DNA of 64,000 bases from Neoechinorhynchus agilis (GCA_051530055.1 CM121342.1:6075489-6139488); one strand, 5' to 3'. Shown: positions 23,926 through 37,700, counted from the stretch's first letter. The notes: generated by a model from the letters alone, not told the origin. Numbers and translations are program-made.

Positions 23926-24074
23926 GGTGAACTGAAGGAAAAAATTATGAATATATTAATCCAGTGATTGCTTGTAAGTTTTTGAATATTGGAGTTCGTG
24001 TCCCACTGAAGAAGACCAACGCATTGGTCGAAAATTCTGATTAATATATTCATAATTTTTTCCTTCAGTTCACC
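23926..24074 (+). mobile_element. Foldback element with 36-bp perfect inverted arms enclosing a hammerhead motif (PLE pLTR-like inverted structure)
   Basis: The arm ggtgaactgaaggaaaaaattatgaatatattaatc and its reverse complement flank the core at 24006-24037: CTGAAGA-A-GACCAA(cgca)TTGGTC-GAAA-ATTC. Confidence 0.8.
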
Positions 24075-25195
24075 ATCATAATTAATTCCTAAATGAATAT
24101 CTTCACAACTTCACAAAAGAGCATCTAAAATTGGCACGATTGACTTTCCTTCTCTCATCGAATGCCTTGATGCTATTTTCTTAAAACAATCAAAACGTCT
24201 CTCAACCCAACCACCACAATTTCTACAAAATATCGCTCCCTTTTCACACGAGCACATCCTTCGACCTCGCACCTCCCTAAATCTACGCTCCTTTTTCCAT
24301 GCTGCCAAATCTTCTCTCGAATACCAGAACTTGAAATGATTCTGAGGAAAGACCAACCTTACAAACGCTCCCGGAAGCAATAGACACCAATTCGCCCACC
24401 AGGCCCATCCGGATATTCTCAATCGAAAGGACACATCCTCACCCGAACGAACCGTCTCCGACTGGATAGTTCCGACCCGAATAGACATCCCTCCGACCAG
24501 ATATTACCTCCCGGCATTCCTCGACTGCATTTTCCCACATTAACGGATACGCTTTTCTTTTTTTGAACAATTATGAACTATAAAGCTTATGAGGACTCAA
24601 AAACACACGAGTTCTCCTATTCTTTTTCTATATTTTGAACAATAAACGTGTTAGTATAAATCGCAGGTTGACTTCATTTGCGACTTGTTTAAATGTCATC
24701 TGTAACCATGAGACGTTCGCCACATCGCAGTCCTCAAGATAATTCCGTCTAAAAACACTACGAGCCTAATAATCGCTGATTTTTTTAAATCAAAGAAAAA
24801 ATGATTTTTCATGTTTGGTCTCTCGTTATATTCATTAACGACAAACATAGATCCCAAAACATTCAAAATCGATGGCAAAAGTCTACTTCAGCCTCCCCCT
24901 TCAAATACAAATTCATACGTCAAGGTTATTTTCGGTTCATTTCCGATTGCTTGTTATTAAACTTGAAGAGATTTTTCGATCAAACTAAAATCAATTTCCA
25001 CACAGTGAAAATAAGACGATTTATTTAACATTGATAATATTTTTGTTCGAAATGTTAGCAAGTAATTTCAAAAGAGTTTTCGTCAAGTGAAGTAAGTCCA
25101 AGAAAGTGTAAAATCCAAAGAATATAAGGCGTTTAGCCAAAGATACCCACGAACCATTTAATGGCCTTTGATCACCTCAAAATCCGATAAACAAA

Positions 25196-27120
25196 AATCA
25201 TTTTTCATGTTTATTTCCTCGTGAACGTTCAAAATCGATGGCAAAACTATTTAAAAGAATTGTTCTTTAATTTGGTATTTCTTTAAATCAGATAAATAAA
25301 AATCATTTTTCATGTTTAGTTCCTCGTAAACGTTCAAAAACGATGGCAAAACTATTTAAAAGAATTGTTCCTTAATTTGGTATTTCTTTAAATCAGATAA
25401 ATAAAAATCATTTTTCATGTTTATTTCCTCGTGAACGTTCAAAATCGATGGCAAAACTATTTAAAAGAATTGTTCTTTAATTTGGTATTTCTTTAAATCA
25501 GATAAATAAAAATCATTTTTCATGTTTATTTCCTCGTGAACATTCAAAATCGATGGCAAAACTATTTAAAAGAATTGTTCTTTAATTTGGTATTTTTTAA
25601 ATCAGATAAATAAAAATCATTTTTCATGTTTATTTCCTCGTGAACGTTCAAAATCGATGGCAAAACTATTTAAAAGAATTGTTCTTTAATTTGGTATTTT
25701 TTAAATCAGATAAATAAAAATCATTTTTCATGTTTATTTCCTCGTGAACATTCAAAATCGATGGCAAAACTATTTAAAAGAATTGTTCTTTAATTTGGTA
25801 TTTTTTAAATCAGATAAATAAAAATCATTTTTCATGTTTATTTCCTCGTGAACATTCAAAATCGATGGCAAAACTATTTAAAAGAATTGTTCTTTAATTT
25901 GGTATTTTTTAAATCAGATAAATAAAAATCATTTTTCATGTTTATTTCCTCGTGAACATTCAAAATCGATGGCAAAACTATTTAAAAGAATTGTTCTTTA
26001 ATTTGGTATTTCTTTAAATCAGATAAATAAAAATCATTTTTCATGTTTATTTCCTCGTGAACGTTCAAAAACGATGGCAAAACTATTTAAAAGAATTGTT
26101 CTTTAATTTGGTATTTCTTTAAATCAGATAAATAAAAATCATTTTTCATGTTTATTTCCTCGTGAACGTTCAAAATCGATGGCAAAACTATTTAAAAGAA
26201 TTGTTCTTTAATTTGGTATTTCTTTAAATCAGATAAATAAAAATCATTTTTCATGTTTATTTCCTCGTGAACATTCAAAATCGATGGCAAAACTATTTAA
26301 AAGAATTGTTCTTTAATTTGGTATTTCTTTAAATCAGATAAATAAAAATCATTTTTCATGTTTATTTCCTCGTGAACATTCAAAATCGATGGCAAAACTA
26401 TTTAAAAGAATTGTTCTTTAATTTGGTATTTCTTTAAATCAGATAAATAAAAATCATTTTTCATGTTTATTTCCTCGTGAACATTCAAAATCGATGGCAA
26501 AACTATTTAAAAGAATTGTTCTTTAATTTGGTATTTTTTAAATCAGATAAATAAAAATCATTTTTCATGTTTATTTCCTCGTGAACATTCAAAATCGATG
26601 GCAAAACTATTTAAAAGAATTGTTCTTTAATTTGGTATTTTTTAAACCAGATAAATAAAAATCATTTTTCATGTTTATTTCCTCGTGAACATTCAAAATC
26701 GATGGCAAAACTATTTAAAAGAATTGTTCTTTATTTGGTATTTTTTTAAACAGATAAATAAAAATCATTTTTCATGTTTATTCCGTGAACTTCAAAACGA
26801 TGGCAAAACTATTTAAAAGAATTGTTTTAATTTGGTATTTTTTAAATCAGATAAATAAAAATCATTTTTCATGTTTATTTCCTCGTGAACATTCAAAATC
26901 GATGGCAAAACTATTTAAAAGAATTGTTCTTTAATTTGGTATTTTTTAAATCAGATAAATAAAAATCATTTTTCATGTTTATTTCCTCGTGAACATTCAA
27001 AAACGATGGCAAAACTATTTAAAAGAATTGTTCTTTAATTTGGTATTTTTTAAATCAGATAAATAAAAATCATTTTTCTTTTTGTTTTTTCTGTTCTTTA
27101 ATTTGGTATTTCTTTAAATC
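25196..27120. repeat. 105-bp tandem array, ~18 units; a diverged monomer lies at ~24795-24880
   Basis: aatcatttttcatgttt recurs at 25301, 25406 and onward. Confidence 0.97.
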
Positions 27121-27139
27121 AGAGAAGATCGATTTTCAT

Positions 27140-28260
27140 TTTCCTTAAGGGCAAACGCGATGCACTTGACTGTTCAAATGCATCCGAGCGCACGGCGTCT
27201 AGTTATTCGATCTCTTTTTTCTCCTGATTGTCGCATTATACCATTTCGGAGACATCTCGAGGATCTCTCGTGCACATCAACCGAGTATTCAACCCCCAGA
27301 TGTGCTCAATATCTAAGAGCATAACAGTTTTGACAGTTGATGGCAAATGCTAGTATTATTCGCAACGCCTTCTTATCTTTTGTGCTCAATGATTGCGAGA
27401 AAAAACAACAACAAGTGGAACCGTCTTTGGTTTTCATCTCTTAAGTTCTAATACTTTTGTGGTCCTTCTTCGCTTAGGTGATCGGAGCTCATGGAAGTTC
27501 ATTTGAATTCTATCGATTTCAGCGTGTGCCAGAATCCCCAATCAAAAATGATCCACGCGGCAAAAGCTATTTTAATACCTTGATCCAATGGACCCGATCG
27601 GTAAAATAAGAATAAAAATTGCTTCCTTAAAGGTTATTCTGTTTAAAATCTTTCATAAAAACGAAGCACTCAAAAGAGGTTTCTAAACCTTAATTTTTTA
27701 TCGCAATTCGGTAAGACTGTTTCCTTAAAAAATTTTAAAAATAATAAATCAAAAATCTTTCAAAAAAGGTTTCTAAACCTCGTTGAGCTGATCTTTAAAA
27801 TAGGACTAAAGATTACTTCCAAAATCTGTTTATAGAAAGGTGCATCGAATCCAAGAACGAAATCCTGGCTTAATATCTGGATTCGTTTTCAAAGGAGACA
27901 ATCGATGGTAGTGAAGATAGTTTGGCGAATGCTGTCTGACACAATCAGTAACCTCATGTGTCCAGACAGCAGTAGACATTCCTTAACTGACCATTGTCCA
28001 TCTTGATGCTTCTCAGGTCACGAACTCCCAACCAATTGGTTTTCTATTGATATTGCAGCTTATCAAAGAGCTCGCACTTTATCAACCGTCCTTCACACAG
28101 TGAAGTTATCATCGTGGCCATAAAATAATTAAATTGAAGAAGAAGCACTTGGTTGCTTCGAATAAAGGAGCAGTTCGCTTGCATTGCGCCGGCGCATAAC
28201 TGGCATTTCTTCGTGATTGCTTTCAGAACGAGCTGCGGGGAAGTGATGGTATGTGGCACA
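27140..28260 (-). mobile_element. Highly decayed Ty3/Gypsy-like gag-protease and RNase H remnants
   Basis: Zinc-knuckle-like CQLC...C, aspartic-protease-like LSQDFVLGFD, and RNase-H-like FFSQSLSTKDKK...ILAFAI...DVH...RITRR, with many stops. Confidence 0.4.
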
Positions 28261-28434
28261 GATGATTAGGAGCGAATATCGGTACGAGTTTTCTTTTTTA
28301 TGTTCTCACAACACGAGCGATATAATCTTCTACACTGCTTCGTTGACTCATTTTGGTCTCGTCGCTCTTTCGAAATCTTTCTCTATTTTAGATTCCACTC
28401 GTAATTACTCTGTGAGCTTACACTAATCTTTAAA

Positions 28435-30031
28435 ATGTCTGCTAGGAGACAGAACTTTATAGACTTTAGGCAAGAGCCTAACGACTCTTCCATGAAACAT
28501 GAAGAACCTCTTATTGAGAACATCTCAATGTCTTTGGGGAAATTAAAGGTGCTCCAGGCCGAAAATGAAACCGGAGAAAAGAAATTATACGACGAAAAAA
28601 ATAAATGGGACGAACAAGTCAGTGCATTAATAGTTAAAAGAGAGCGAGAACTTTTTGCGGCTAATCGAAATGTCCGAGAAATCAAGAGCGAAACAGCGGA
28701 GATTCTGGCTAGGAGTCTTTGGTCGAAACAAGAAGCTCAAAGAATTCAACAGGATATTCATTTCGTCGAAGAAGGAATACAAGTTAAAGAGAGAACACTT
28801 GAGAATCTTAAAGAGAAAATTAAAGAATTAGAAGAACATTTGAGACCTATTTCACAAATGTACGAAGAAAGGAGAGATGAGCTCGAGCTTGTGAAGAATC
28901 ACCTCCGTGATCATGTGAATTGAACTTTCTCATTAGGTTCTCTCGAAAAAACGAGAAGAGTTCAAATAGATGTGTTAAAAGCACGACAGGACGAACTTCG
29001 GGAACATCAGGAATGTCGATTTAAAACGGAAGCGGAAGTTCAGAGTCTTTATGATTCCCTTTTGTTTCTAAGGAATAAGACAGATTGTGTAACGGGTGCC
29101 AGTGTGGCCATTTCAAGGCAATTGATCGATTTGAACCAGTTTTACCGTTCAGAGCTCACCAAAGCGATAAACGACGTCCGATATGATTTTAAAGGATTAG
29201 AGCGAATTCAGACGACTGAGATGGAGTTGGATTATCAATTAAGAAATAAGGAATTGAACGAACAAGCGCAATATAGTAACCGAGAAGAGTACCATGAATT
29301 TGCTATGAACGATTTGCTTTCATTGATCGAAGAAGTGAAGATGAACTGTGTGACAAAAAATGATTTGGAGCGAAGTTTTGAGAGATTGAGGATTGATGAA
29401 TTACATTTGGAGCGTGAGATTGATGAGTTGGCTTCTATGAGACTGACTATCGAAAATGAGAGAGATGAGGAATGTGTAAGGTTGATGCAGGATATCCAAA
29501 GTGTAGACTAGGATTTTTTTCTTGCTCCTTTAAGAGAATGAAAAAACTTCTAAAATAAGATCGTCACTTGAACAAACGAGAGAAGATGTGGCGCATTTAA
29601 GGTATGAGAAAAATATGTATGAAGCATTAGTAAGAGCTGACGGAATTCAGAAGGAACGATTTACGCAGCCAATAGAAAATGGCCTCCTTAGTGATGAAAA
29701 TAAGTATTTAATTGGAGACAAAGTAATCGAACTTAGTAGCGAAAAGGATTGCTGCTTCCATTTAAGGAATATTTCAGGTGAAGAGCAAAATATTCGTAAT
29801 TGGGAAATCGTAGTTGCAACTGATGATAATACAGTAGCGATTTGTAAGTTCAGTGATCAAATCCTTAAAGTAGATGAAGATTTACATATTAATTTAATGG
29901 ATAGAAAAGAAAAATCAATGAATCCTGAATATGTAGACTCGTGTCTGAAGCTTCAAAATGCGTCCGTTCTTGTTTTGAACGGTGCTGGAATGATCGTATC
30001 GAACGCGATCTCCTCAAAATCAACTAAGTAA
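28435..30031 (+). CDS. Divergent cytoplasmic intermediate filament (protostome/lamin-like, with C-terminal lamin-tail-like domain), 3 exons, ~510 aa
   Basis: Exons 28435-28906, 28937-29500 and 29535-30031 (introns 30 and 34 nt). Coil 1A-like LGKLKVLQAEN, linker DLNQFYRSELTKAINDVRYDF, rod end LRYEKNMYEALV, tail LRNISGEEQNIRNWEI. Confidence 0.8.
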
Positions 30032-30209
30032 TTGATTAATATTTGGCGAATTTTGTAAATCGCTCTTAGATTAAATCACTCAAATTGGTTGTGAAAACTC
30101 CAAGCTGGCCAAAAATGTGAAAAATTACATACGCTTTTCATCTCGGCGATGCTAAAATTTGACCCACTGCGAATAAAACACCTTAACAATCAATGAGAAT
30201 GTGAGGCTT

Positions 30210-31880
30210 CCACCATCGCTCAATTCTCAACCTATTTTACCATTTAGTTTCAATCCTTTTAGCCTATAATCGTCTCTTGCACCAAAACAAAGTTGGTTTT
30301 TGAAGATCTGAGCCCGAATCGCTCCATTTGCAGTGATTAACCTCCTTTTAGAGACTCGAAAGGGTCATCGCTCAATTCTCAACCTATTTTACCATTTAAT
30401 TTCAATCCTTTTAGCCTATAATCGTCTCTTGCATAGAAACAAAGTTGGTTTTTGAAGATCTGAGCCCGAATCGCTCCATTTGCAGTGATTAACCTCCTTT
30501 TAGAGACTCGAAAGGGTCATCGCTCAATTCTCAACCTATTTTACCATTTAGTTTCAATCCTTTTAGCCTATAATCGTCTCTTGCATAGAAACAAAGTTGG
30601 TTTTTGAAGATCTGAGCCCGAATCGCTCCATTTGCAGTGATTAACCTCCTTTTAGAGACTCGAAAGGGTCATCGCTCAATTCTCAACCTATTTTACCATT
30701 TAATTTCAATCCTTTTAGCCTATAATCGTCTCTTGCATAGAAACAAAGTTGGTTTTTGAAGATCTGAGCCCGAAACGCTCCATTTGCAGTGATTAACCTC
30801 TTTTAGAGACTCGAAAGGGTCACGCTCAATTCTCAACCTATTTTACCATTTAGTTTCAATCCTTTTAGCCTATAATCGTCTCTTGCACCAAAACAAAGTT
30901 GGTTTTTGAAGATCTGAGCCCGAAACGCTCCATTTGCAGTGATTAACCTCCTTTTAGAGACTCGAAAGGGTCATCGCTCAATTCTCAACCTATTTTACCA
31001 TTTAGTTTCAATCCTTTTAGCCTATAATCGTCTCTTGCATAGAAACAAAGTTGGTTTTTGAAGATCTGAGCCCGAATCGCTCCATTTGCAGTGATTAACC
31101 TCCTTTTAGAGACTCGAAAGGGTCACCGCTCAATTCTCAACCTATTTTACCATTTAGTTTCAATCCTTTTAGCCTATAATCGTCTCTTGCATCAAAACAA
31201 AGTTGGTTTTTGAAGATCTGAGCCCGAATCGCTCCATTTGCAGTGATTAACCTCCTTTTAGACACTCGAAAGGGTCACCGCTCAATTCTCAACCTATTTT
31301 ACCATTTAATTTCAATCCTTTTAGCCTATAATCGTCTCTTGCATAGAAACAAAGTTGGTTTTTGAAGATCTGAGCCCGAATCGCTCCATTTGCAGTGATT
31401 AACCTCCTTTTAGAGACTCGAAAGGGTCACCGCTCAATTCTCAACCTATTTTACCATTTAGTTTCAATCCTTTTAGCCTATAATCGTCTCTTGCATAGAA
31501 ACAAAGTTGGTTTTTGAAGATCTGAGCCCGAATCGCTCCATTTGCAGTGATTAACCTCCTTTTAGACACTCGAAAGGGTCACCGCTCAATTCTCAACCTA
31601 TTTTACCATTTAATTTCAATCCTTTTAGCCTATAATCGTCTCTTGCACCAAAACAAAGTTGGTTTTTGAAGATCTGAGCCCGAAACGCTCCATTTGCAGT
31701 GATTAACCTTTAGAGACTCGAAAGGGTCACCGCTCAATTCTCAACCTATTTTACCATTTAATTTCAATCCTTTTAGCCTATAATCGTCTCTTGCACCAAA
31801 ACAAAGTTGGTTTTTGAAGATCTGAGCCAGAAACGCTCCATTTGCAGCGATTAACCTTTTTTTAGAGACTCGAAAGGGTT
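30210..31880. repeat. 152-bp tandem array, ~11 units
   Basis: gggtca.cgctcaattctcaacc recurs at 30362, 30514 and onward. Confidence 0.97.
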
Positions 31881-32784
31881 CATTTCCTCGACGTTAGACA
31901 CCTAAAAAGCACTTGTTAAACACACATTCAGTAGACCTTAACCGACCGTATCGATGACAACCAATGGATATATATAATGTGGAACTATAAAAAACTATTA
32001 TAGTTTCACATAAAGATGCGTTCGTTTATTTTGATCTGTTTGACTCTATTGGTTGTCGCTGAAACCTATACTCAGAGGACAATTATCGGTGAAGGTATCA
32101 CTCCTGTATGAGTGGACGCCATTTGAAATGGGAAGCTCGTTGTAATGGCGTTCATCAATAGAGAAACCAACACTCAAGGGTAGTTTTAAGAAGTTCGCTA
32201 AACCTCTGAAGATCCCATTCAGAGCAGTTTTTGAAACTTTAACGAATTTCTTTAAAGGACTGGCACCCTGATTATGATCGAGTGAGTGAGAATATACCAT
32301 AAATAAGCGTAGAGATTTGCGATTTTCTCAAGGAGAAATCACATCGTATGAGAGGGAACTTTTTTCGAAAAAATTCCCTCCGATTCACTAATCAATTCAC
32401 ACATTACAATTAGACGATCTTAGCCACCTTGAAGCAACCGGACAGTTTTTAAACGAAGACAATGTGTCACTTTTTGACCTAAAGCCTCTAGTTTTTTAAT
32501 GTAATTTCGTCGCTTTAGTCTAAGTGTATAAAAATGCGCTAGTAAAATAGATTTGACAGTTCTTTAAGGTTAAACAAATAGAGTTTTTCTTAGTAACGAA
32601 ACAAACCTAAAACCACAAGTAATTTCATTGGTTTAGACTCAAAGCCTCTATTTTTTTAATGTAATTTCGTCGCTTTAGTCTAAGTGTTGCCCTAGTAAAA
32701 TAGATTTGACAGTTCTTTAAGCTTCAACAAACATATTTTTGCTATATAACGGCGAGACAAACAAAAAAAACGTACCAAAGAACA

Positions 32785-33264
32785 ATGATCCTCGTCCTTC
32801 TTCTTCTAACTATATCGTTCGTCGATTCAGCCTTTCTGAATACACAGCCAAGACCTCAGTCTGATACAACGACGGACAATGATTGTTTCGACTACGACGT
32901 CCTCGTGGAAAACTTAAACGATCCATCCAGCAATGTGGATCAATGTGGTGATCCACTGAGGATTAATCGTAGGTCGTGTGCTTCCATGAAGATTGGACAA
33001 GATCTTAAACCGAAGATGTACTGCTTTTTGGTGGATTACATAATTTCAACTGGATGTAGCGACCACATTGTTTATTCAGTCGATCCGAATCAAAAGCCTA
33101 ATTCTAAACTGTTCAATGTAGTTCGTTCTAACGCCCCCGTTTTTTGGGAGATGGGCAATAATGAACTGGAGCAGAAACTAGAACTTTGTTGGAAATACTT
33201 CTTAGAACATAAAGTAAGACAATCGATTGTAGTCACAAGGAGACAAGTGTGCCGAATTTCGTGA
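32785..33264 (+). CDS. Secreted 6-Cys protein of an unrecognised family; paralog of 58377-58847
   Basis: Signal peptide MILVLLLLTISFVDSA. It shares CxD[YF]xVxVE, DxCGxxLR, CFxVDYI[IV]SxxCxxHxVYS[VI]DxNQxP and [IV]VVxRxxxC with 58377-58847. Confidence 0.85.
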   Translation: MILVLLLLTISFVDSAFLNTQPRPQSDTTTDNDCFDYDVLVENLNDPSSNVDQCGDPLRINRRSCASMKIGQDLKPKMYCFLVDYIISTGCSDHIVYSVDPNQKPNSKLFNVVRSNAPVFWEMGNNELEQKLELCWKYFLEHKVRQSIVVTRRQVCRIS

Positions 33265-33312
33265 AATATTTGCCACAAAAATAAATAGCCTCGTTTTCAG
33301 CTTCCAGCCATC

Positions 33313-33560
33313 GTACGGCTGATAATTTTTCGGGCACACAACTTAAAGATCTGGTTCAGGAAAGCCAATAAAATCAATTAATATCGATGAATCATCCCGT
33401 AAAAGAGTTTGTACATTCCTCCGGATCCTCCCGATGAGGCGGGACTCGAGTGAGTTTCCTCCTCCTTTCAACGAGATATTTCGTCCCCTTTTCGTTAGAT
33501 CGGTGGGCTGTGTGCCCAAAAATTATCAGCAGTGTGACAAAAGGCCACACATTGTCCTCG
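33313..33560. mobile_element. MITE-like element with imperfect terminal inverted repeats; same family as 59530-59895
   Basis: The left end is cggctgataatttttcgggcacaca and the right end is tgtgtgcccaaaaattatcagcag. Confidence 0.75.
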
Positions 33561-33849
33561 GGTTAAATCTGATTGTACGTTGGCGAATCCTGTCCCCGGT
33601 TTGAGAAATATTTCACAAGGTTTTTCCTGCTCTGGATGTAGCTCAGATCCGCGGGTTTGCTAATACCCGAAGTGTGGGGGATCCGCACACACCTCCTTCG
33701 GTTTGTAGCCAACTAATTTATTCGTCAAGCTACTTAACTTTGGTAGCACCAGAGTAAAGTTTGATTTGTTGCCTTCCATCGTCCGAATTTAACCGGATGT
33801 GAAGCGTGTCAAGAATCAGTCTTTTTCTCAGATCCGGTTCGCTGGTTAG

Positions 33850-34690
33850 GAATGCCGATTTTTCAAAATCCACCTTGTGCTGACTGGTCGAACCACCAAC
33901 CTTTCCATTACAAAATCACAGCGGTAACGTCCTACTTCAAGAGGGCCAGGATGATTTCTTCAGAAAGCAGGGATTGGGAAGAAGAAAAACAAAGGATCAC
34001 CAAAGTTCTCAGATCACGAGGCTTCCCTGAATGGGTCATCAAAATCAGTCTGAAAAAAGCAACACATAGCGGCCATCGAAAGAAGAAGGAAACCACAAGC
34101 ATCTCCCTCAAATACACCGGCTTTCACCACATAAGTGACACAGCGACCAGAAAACTGAGGCGCCTCAACTACCTCGCTCCAAAAGTATTATTTTGGTGAT
34201 AATAATCCCGGAGCTTTATTTCCTTCCATTGTGTTGGACACAGCGATGTGTAAGGCCTCCAAAACAAGCCGTCTTTTTAAGTTTTGCTCTATTTCTATAA
34301 AGTTGGTGCCACCAAAATCCGCTCGATGCTTACATGTCTCTTGATTATTAGAGATTGCCGACGAATGCTCAAATCGACTGCAGGCTTGCTATTGTTAGCG
34401 ACCCTCTTCTTGATGTCCTGTGTCGTTTGTCCGATATAGACTTTTTCACACTGTTCACAATGAATTCTATAAATCCCATGAGCCGGAGGCGTATCCATTG
34501 CGGGTATTCTCAAGAGAAAAACCAAACAAGAGGCCAAATCAGGGATCTACAAAATTCCATGTGCGGAATGCTCAAAGATCTACATTGGACAAACTATGCA
34601 AGGGATCAAGAATCGCAGCATAAACAGGCTTGCAGGACTTTCGACAAATCCTCAGCAATCTCGAACCACAATAAAAAAACAATAAAAATC
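33850..34690. mobile_element. Penelope-like element remnant: RT thumb/linker (+, 33852-34185), GIY-YIG endonuclease (-, ~34190-34480), second GIY-YIG (+, ~34500-34690)
   Basis: SNHQPFHYKITAVTSYFKRARMISS..EEEKQRITKVLRSRGFPEWVI; GIYRIHCEQCEKVYIGQTT..RRLVLEALHI; SGIYKIPCAECSKIYIGQTM. Confidence 0.88.
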
Positions 34691-34747
34691 AATGGTTGCT
34701 AAAAAAAGGAAAAACGAATGCATCTTTTTTTATTTTTTTAGATAAAT

Positions 34748-37700
34748 CTACGCCGATTTTTGGTTCTGTAGCCAAGCGTCATATTTTTTCTTATGAGCAT
34801 CGAAAATCTTTCTAAGTTTTTTAGTTTCGGATTTGCTTAGAGGCTCACCGCCTTTGTCCAGCACAGGAAACCCTTCCTCGTCGAATTTGGAATACTTGTC
34901 CGTTTGTTTCGTAAACAACTTCGACGGTGGTAATTTCCGTTTCTCTTCTCGTATCGCCTTCAAAGCGTCCATTTGAGCCTTCTTAGCTTGATTCAAAGCT
35001 TCCTTCTCTCGTTCCGCTTCCTCAAGTCTCAGCTTCTCCATTTTTAAAACCTCAGGATCCATCAACTTAACAGTCGTCTTCCCTTCTCTATCCTCAAGTC
35101 GAACTCCCAGTTCAGCAAGTTCAATGTCCCTGAGACGATCACATTCCTTAAGAAGATTGTCAAGATTGTGTTCAATTGCTAACTGACGAGTACGCTCCCT
35201 AAATTTAACAAGTAATTTGATGAACGGCATAACTGTCTCTTCTAATGATTCGCCACCACTTTCAACGATTGAACCAAATGTTTCCGGATCTCTCATTAGG
35301 CCAAATACGCGGAACATTCGATCAAAGTAATCACCAATTTGTTTTAATAAAATCACGTTTTTAGACGGTTGAGTCTTTTCGATTATGTAAACGTTTGTCT
35401 GAGCAAGGAGTTGTCGTAGGGATTCCATAGCACTTGGAGTATCGAAGGAATCTATTACGGAATGAATATATTAGCGAGAGGTTTTCATAACGTTTAAAAA
35501 CACAAATTTTGAATAGAATTGCTGGCAGCGATGATAAATTGGGAGGGTAAAAAAGAAACACTTACCGCATAATGCATTGTGGACGGCCGATTTGGTTTCG
35601 TTGAGATCGGTGACCAGCTTAAAATCAAGATCAGTCCATTTTGTATGTGTTTCCGATTCAGAGACCTTATTTTCACGTGCCAAATCGTTTAAGAACATAA
35701 AAAACTCATTGAAAATCCGTTCAAAATGTCGAGCTCGGTCCATCGTGTCATCACTAAAGTCCAGAGTGCTGTTCCAGGAATGAAGTAAAAATAAAATTCG
35801 AACTTGACGAAAAGTGTATTTAGCGAGAGTGTCTTTAATAGTAAGAAAGTTCTTTAGAGACTTTGACATTTTACATCCTTGTATAGTAAGATGTCCTGAA
35901 TGAAGGAAATACTTTACCCAATCGTGTTGCTCGTAGGCGGCTTCAGACTGTGCGATCTCGTTGTCGTGATGAGGGAAACGAAGGTCGATTCCACCCGAAT
36001 GAACATCTATTTTTTGTCCAAAAACCGAAGAGGCCATCGCTGAGCATTCGATGTGCCATCCTGGTCGACCGCGACCCCACGGCGAATCCCAGCTCGGCTC
36101 TCCTTGCTTACTTGCTTTCCACAGTGCAAAATCACGCTGATCTTTCTTCTCGTTTGTCGTTTTTGAATCACTGAGAACTCCTTCAGCCTCAGCAATCTCT
36201 TTTGCCATGTCTACATTTCCTTTCTTTGTCGATGCAGCCATTAAAAGCTTTGGATTTGTGTGCTGTGCTTGATGAAATGCTTGAGTGTCGAAATAAACTG
36301 AATTTGTTCACCAAAAATTGCCGGTTATGATAAGATGTTTCTACTTTTTAAAACACTTTTTTTTAATTTCCCTTAACTGACAACATTTGGCTTAGGAGAC
36401 CTATAGGCATATCCATTGGCGTCTATCATCTTGACAAAATCAATAATCTCATCAACGTATTCACTGACTCGAGTAAGTACTGAAGGGGGCCTTATATTAA
36501 GAGCTTTCATGTCGGCGTGAAACTCGGATTCATATTTCCGAGGTAGTTTAGTGAATATCTGGTTGTCGGTAACATTGTGTCCATGCTTAAAGTCAAGACT
36601 GTCAGCGAGGATATCGGCAAAATCGGATGACAGAATCAATTCCTTGTTCCATGACTCACTTGGCCCAGCCGATGAAAATGATGAAAGTTCACGTCCTTGG
36701 CTGCAGTTTGAAGATTTTTGAGACGTGGAAACTTTACAGAGCTTATCACGGGCTTTTAGTATCATTTTTCCCATCATATCCCTTTTGTCAAAATCTTCTT
36801 CAATTGATAATTTGTGCTCTAAGTGTTTGAGAGCCTCGTTAATGTCATTGATCACTCTTTGAGAAGAGTGACCAGCCTGAGCGTATTGATCAAGGAGATA
36901 TCGTTCCCGAGCTCGCTTGATTATCTTGTCATCGATATCTGTGATATTCATCGTATAAATTACATTATATCCAAAGTAGTCTTCAAGTATCCGCCGGATA
37001 ATATCAAACGAAATGTAGGTTCTAAACGGATGTCATTATTAGCTAAAAGATTTAATGTAGATTTTTTTGCTCTAAAAAGACACTTGGAAACCTATAAAAA
37101 AAATCGAAGACATGCCAAAAAATATTGGCAGTATGAAAAAGTGTTAACAACGTAACTTTCGACGCGTTTATATTGTTGAAATAATTGGTGATCACCGGAT
37201 AAAATTGAGATATTTCAAAAGAAGAATTTCTCTAATCGACTCGTCTTTTCGATGAGAGTTAACGGCGAAATATCTCAATAACACCATTTTCAACCGAACA
37301 CATCTCCAATTTTTGGTTTTTTCCAAGAAAAAACCTCCAATTAACTCTAGAATCCCAACGTGATTGGCTGAAGTATATTTTCATTTTTAGAGCACCGAAT
37401 AAAATTGAGATATTTCAAAAGAAGAATTTCTCTAATCGACTTTCTTTTCGATGAGAGTTAACGGCGAAATGTCTCAATAACATCTTTTTCAATCCGAACA
37501 CATCTCCAATTTTTGGTTTTTCAACAAAAAATCATGCAATTAAGTCTCAAAACATGATTTTTGTGAAATATATTTTCATTTTTAGAGAACCGAATGCAAT
37601 TGAGATATTTCAAAAGAGGAATTTCTCTAATCGACTCTTCGATGAGAGTTAACGGCGAAATATCTCAATAACACCATTTTCAACCGAACACATCTCCAAT

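Noticed and set aside
32046-32300. 84-aa ORF (and similarly 60240-60482) as genes
   Set aside because: They are short, with no motif, paralog or splice support, so they are possible but unsupported.
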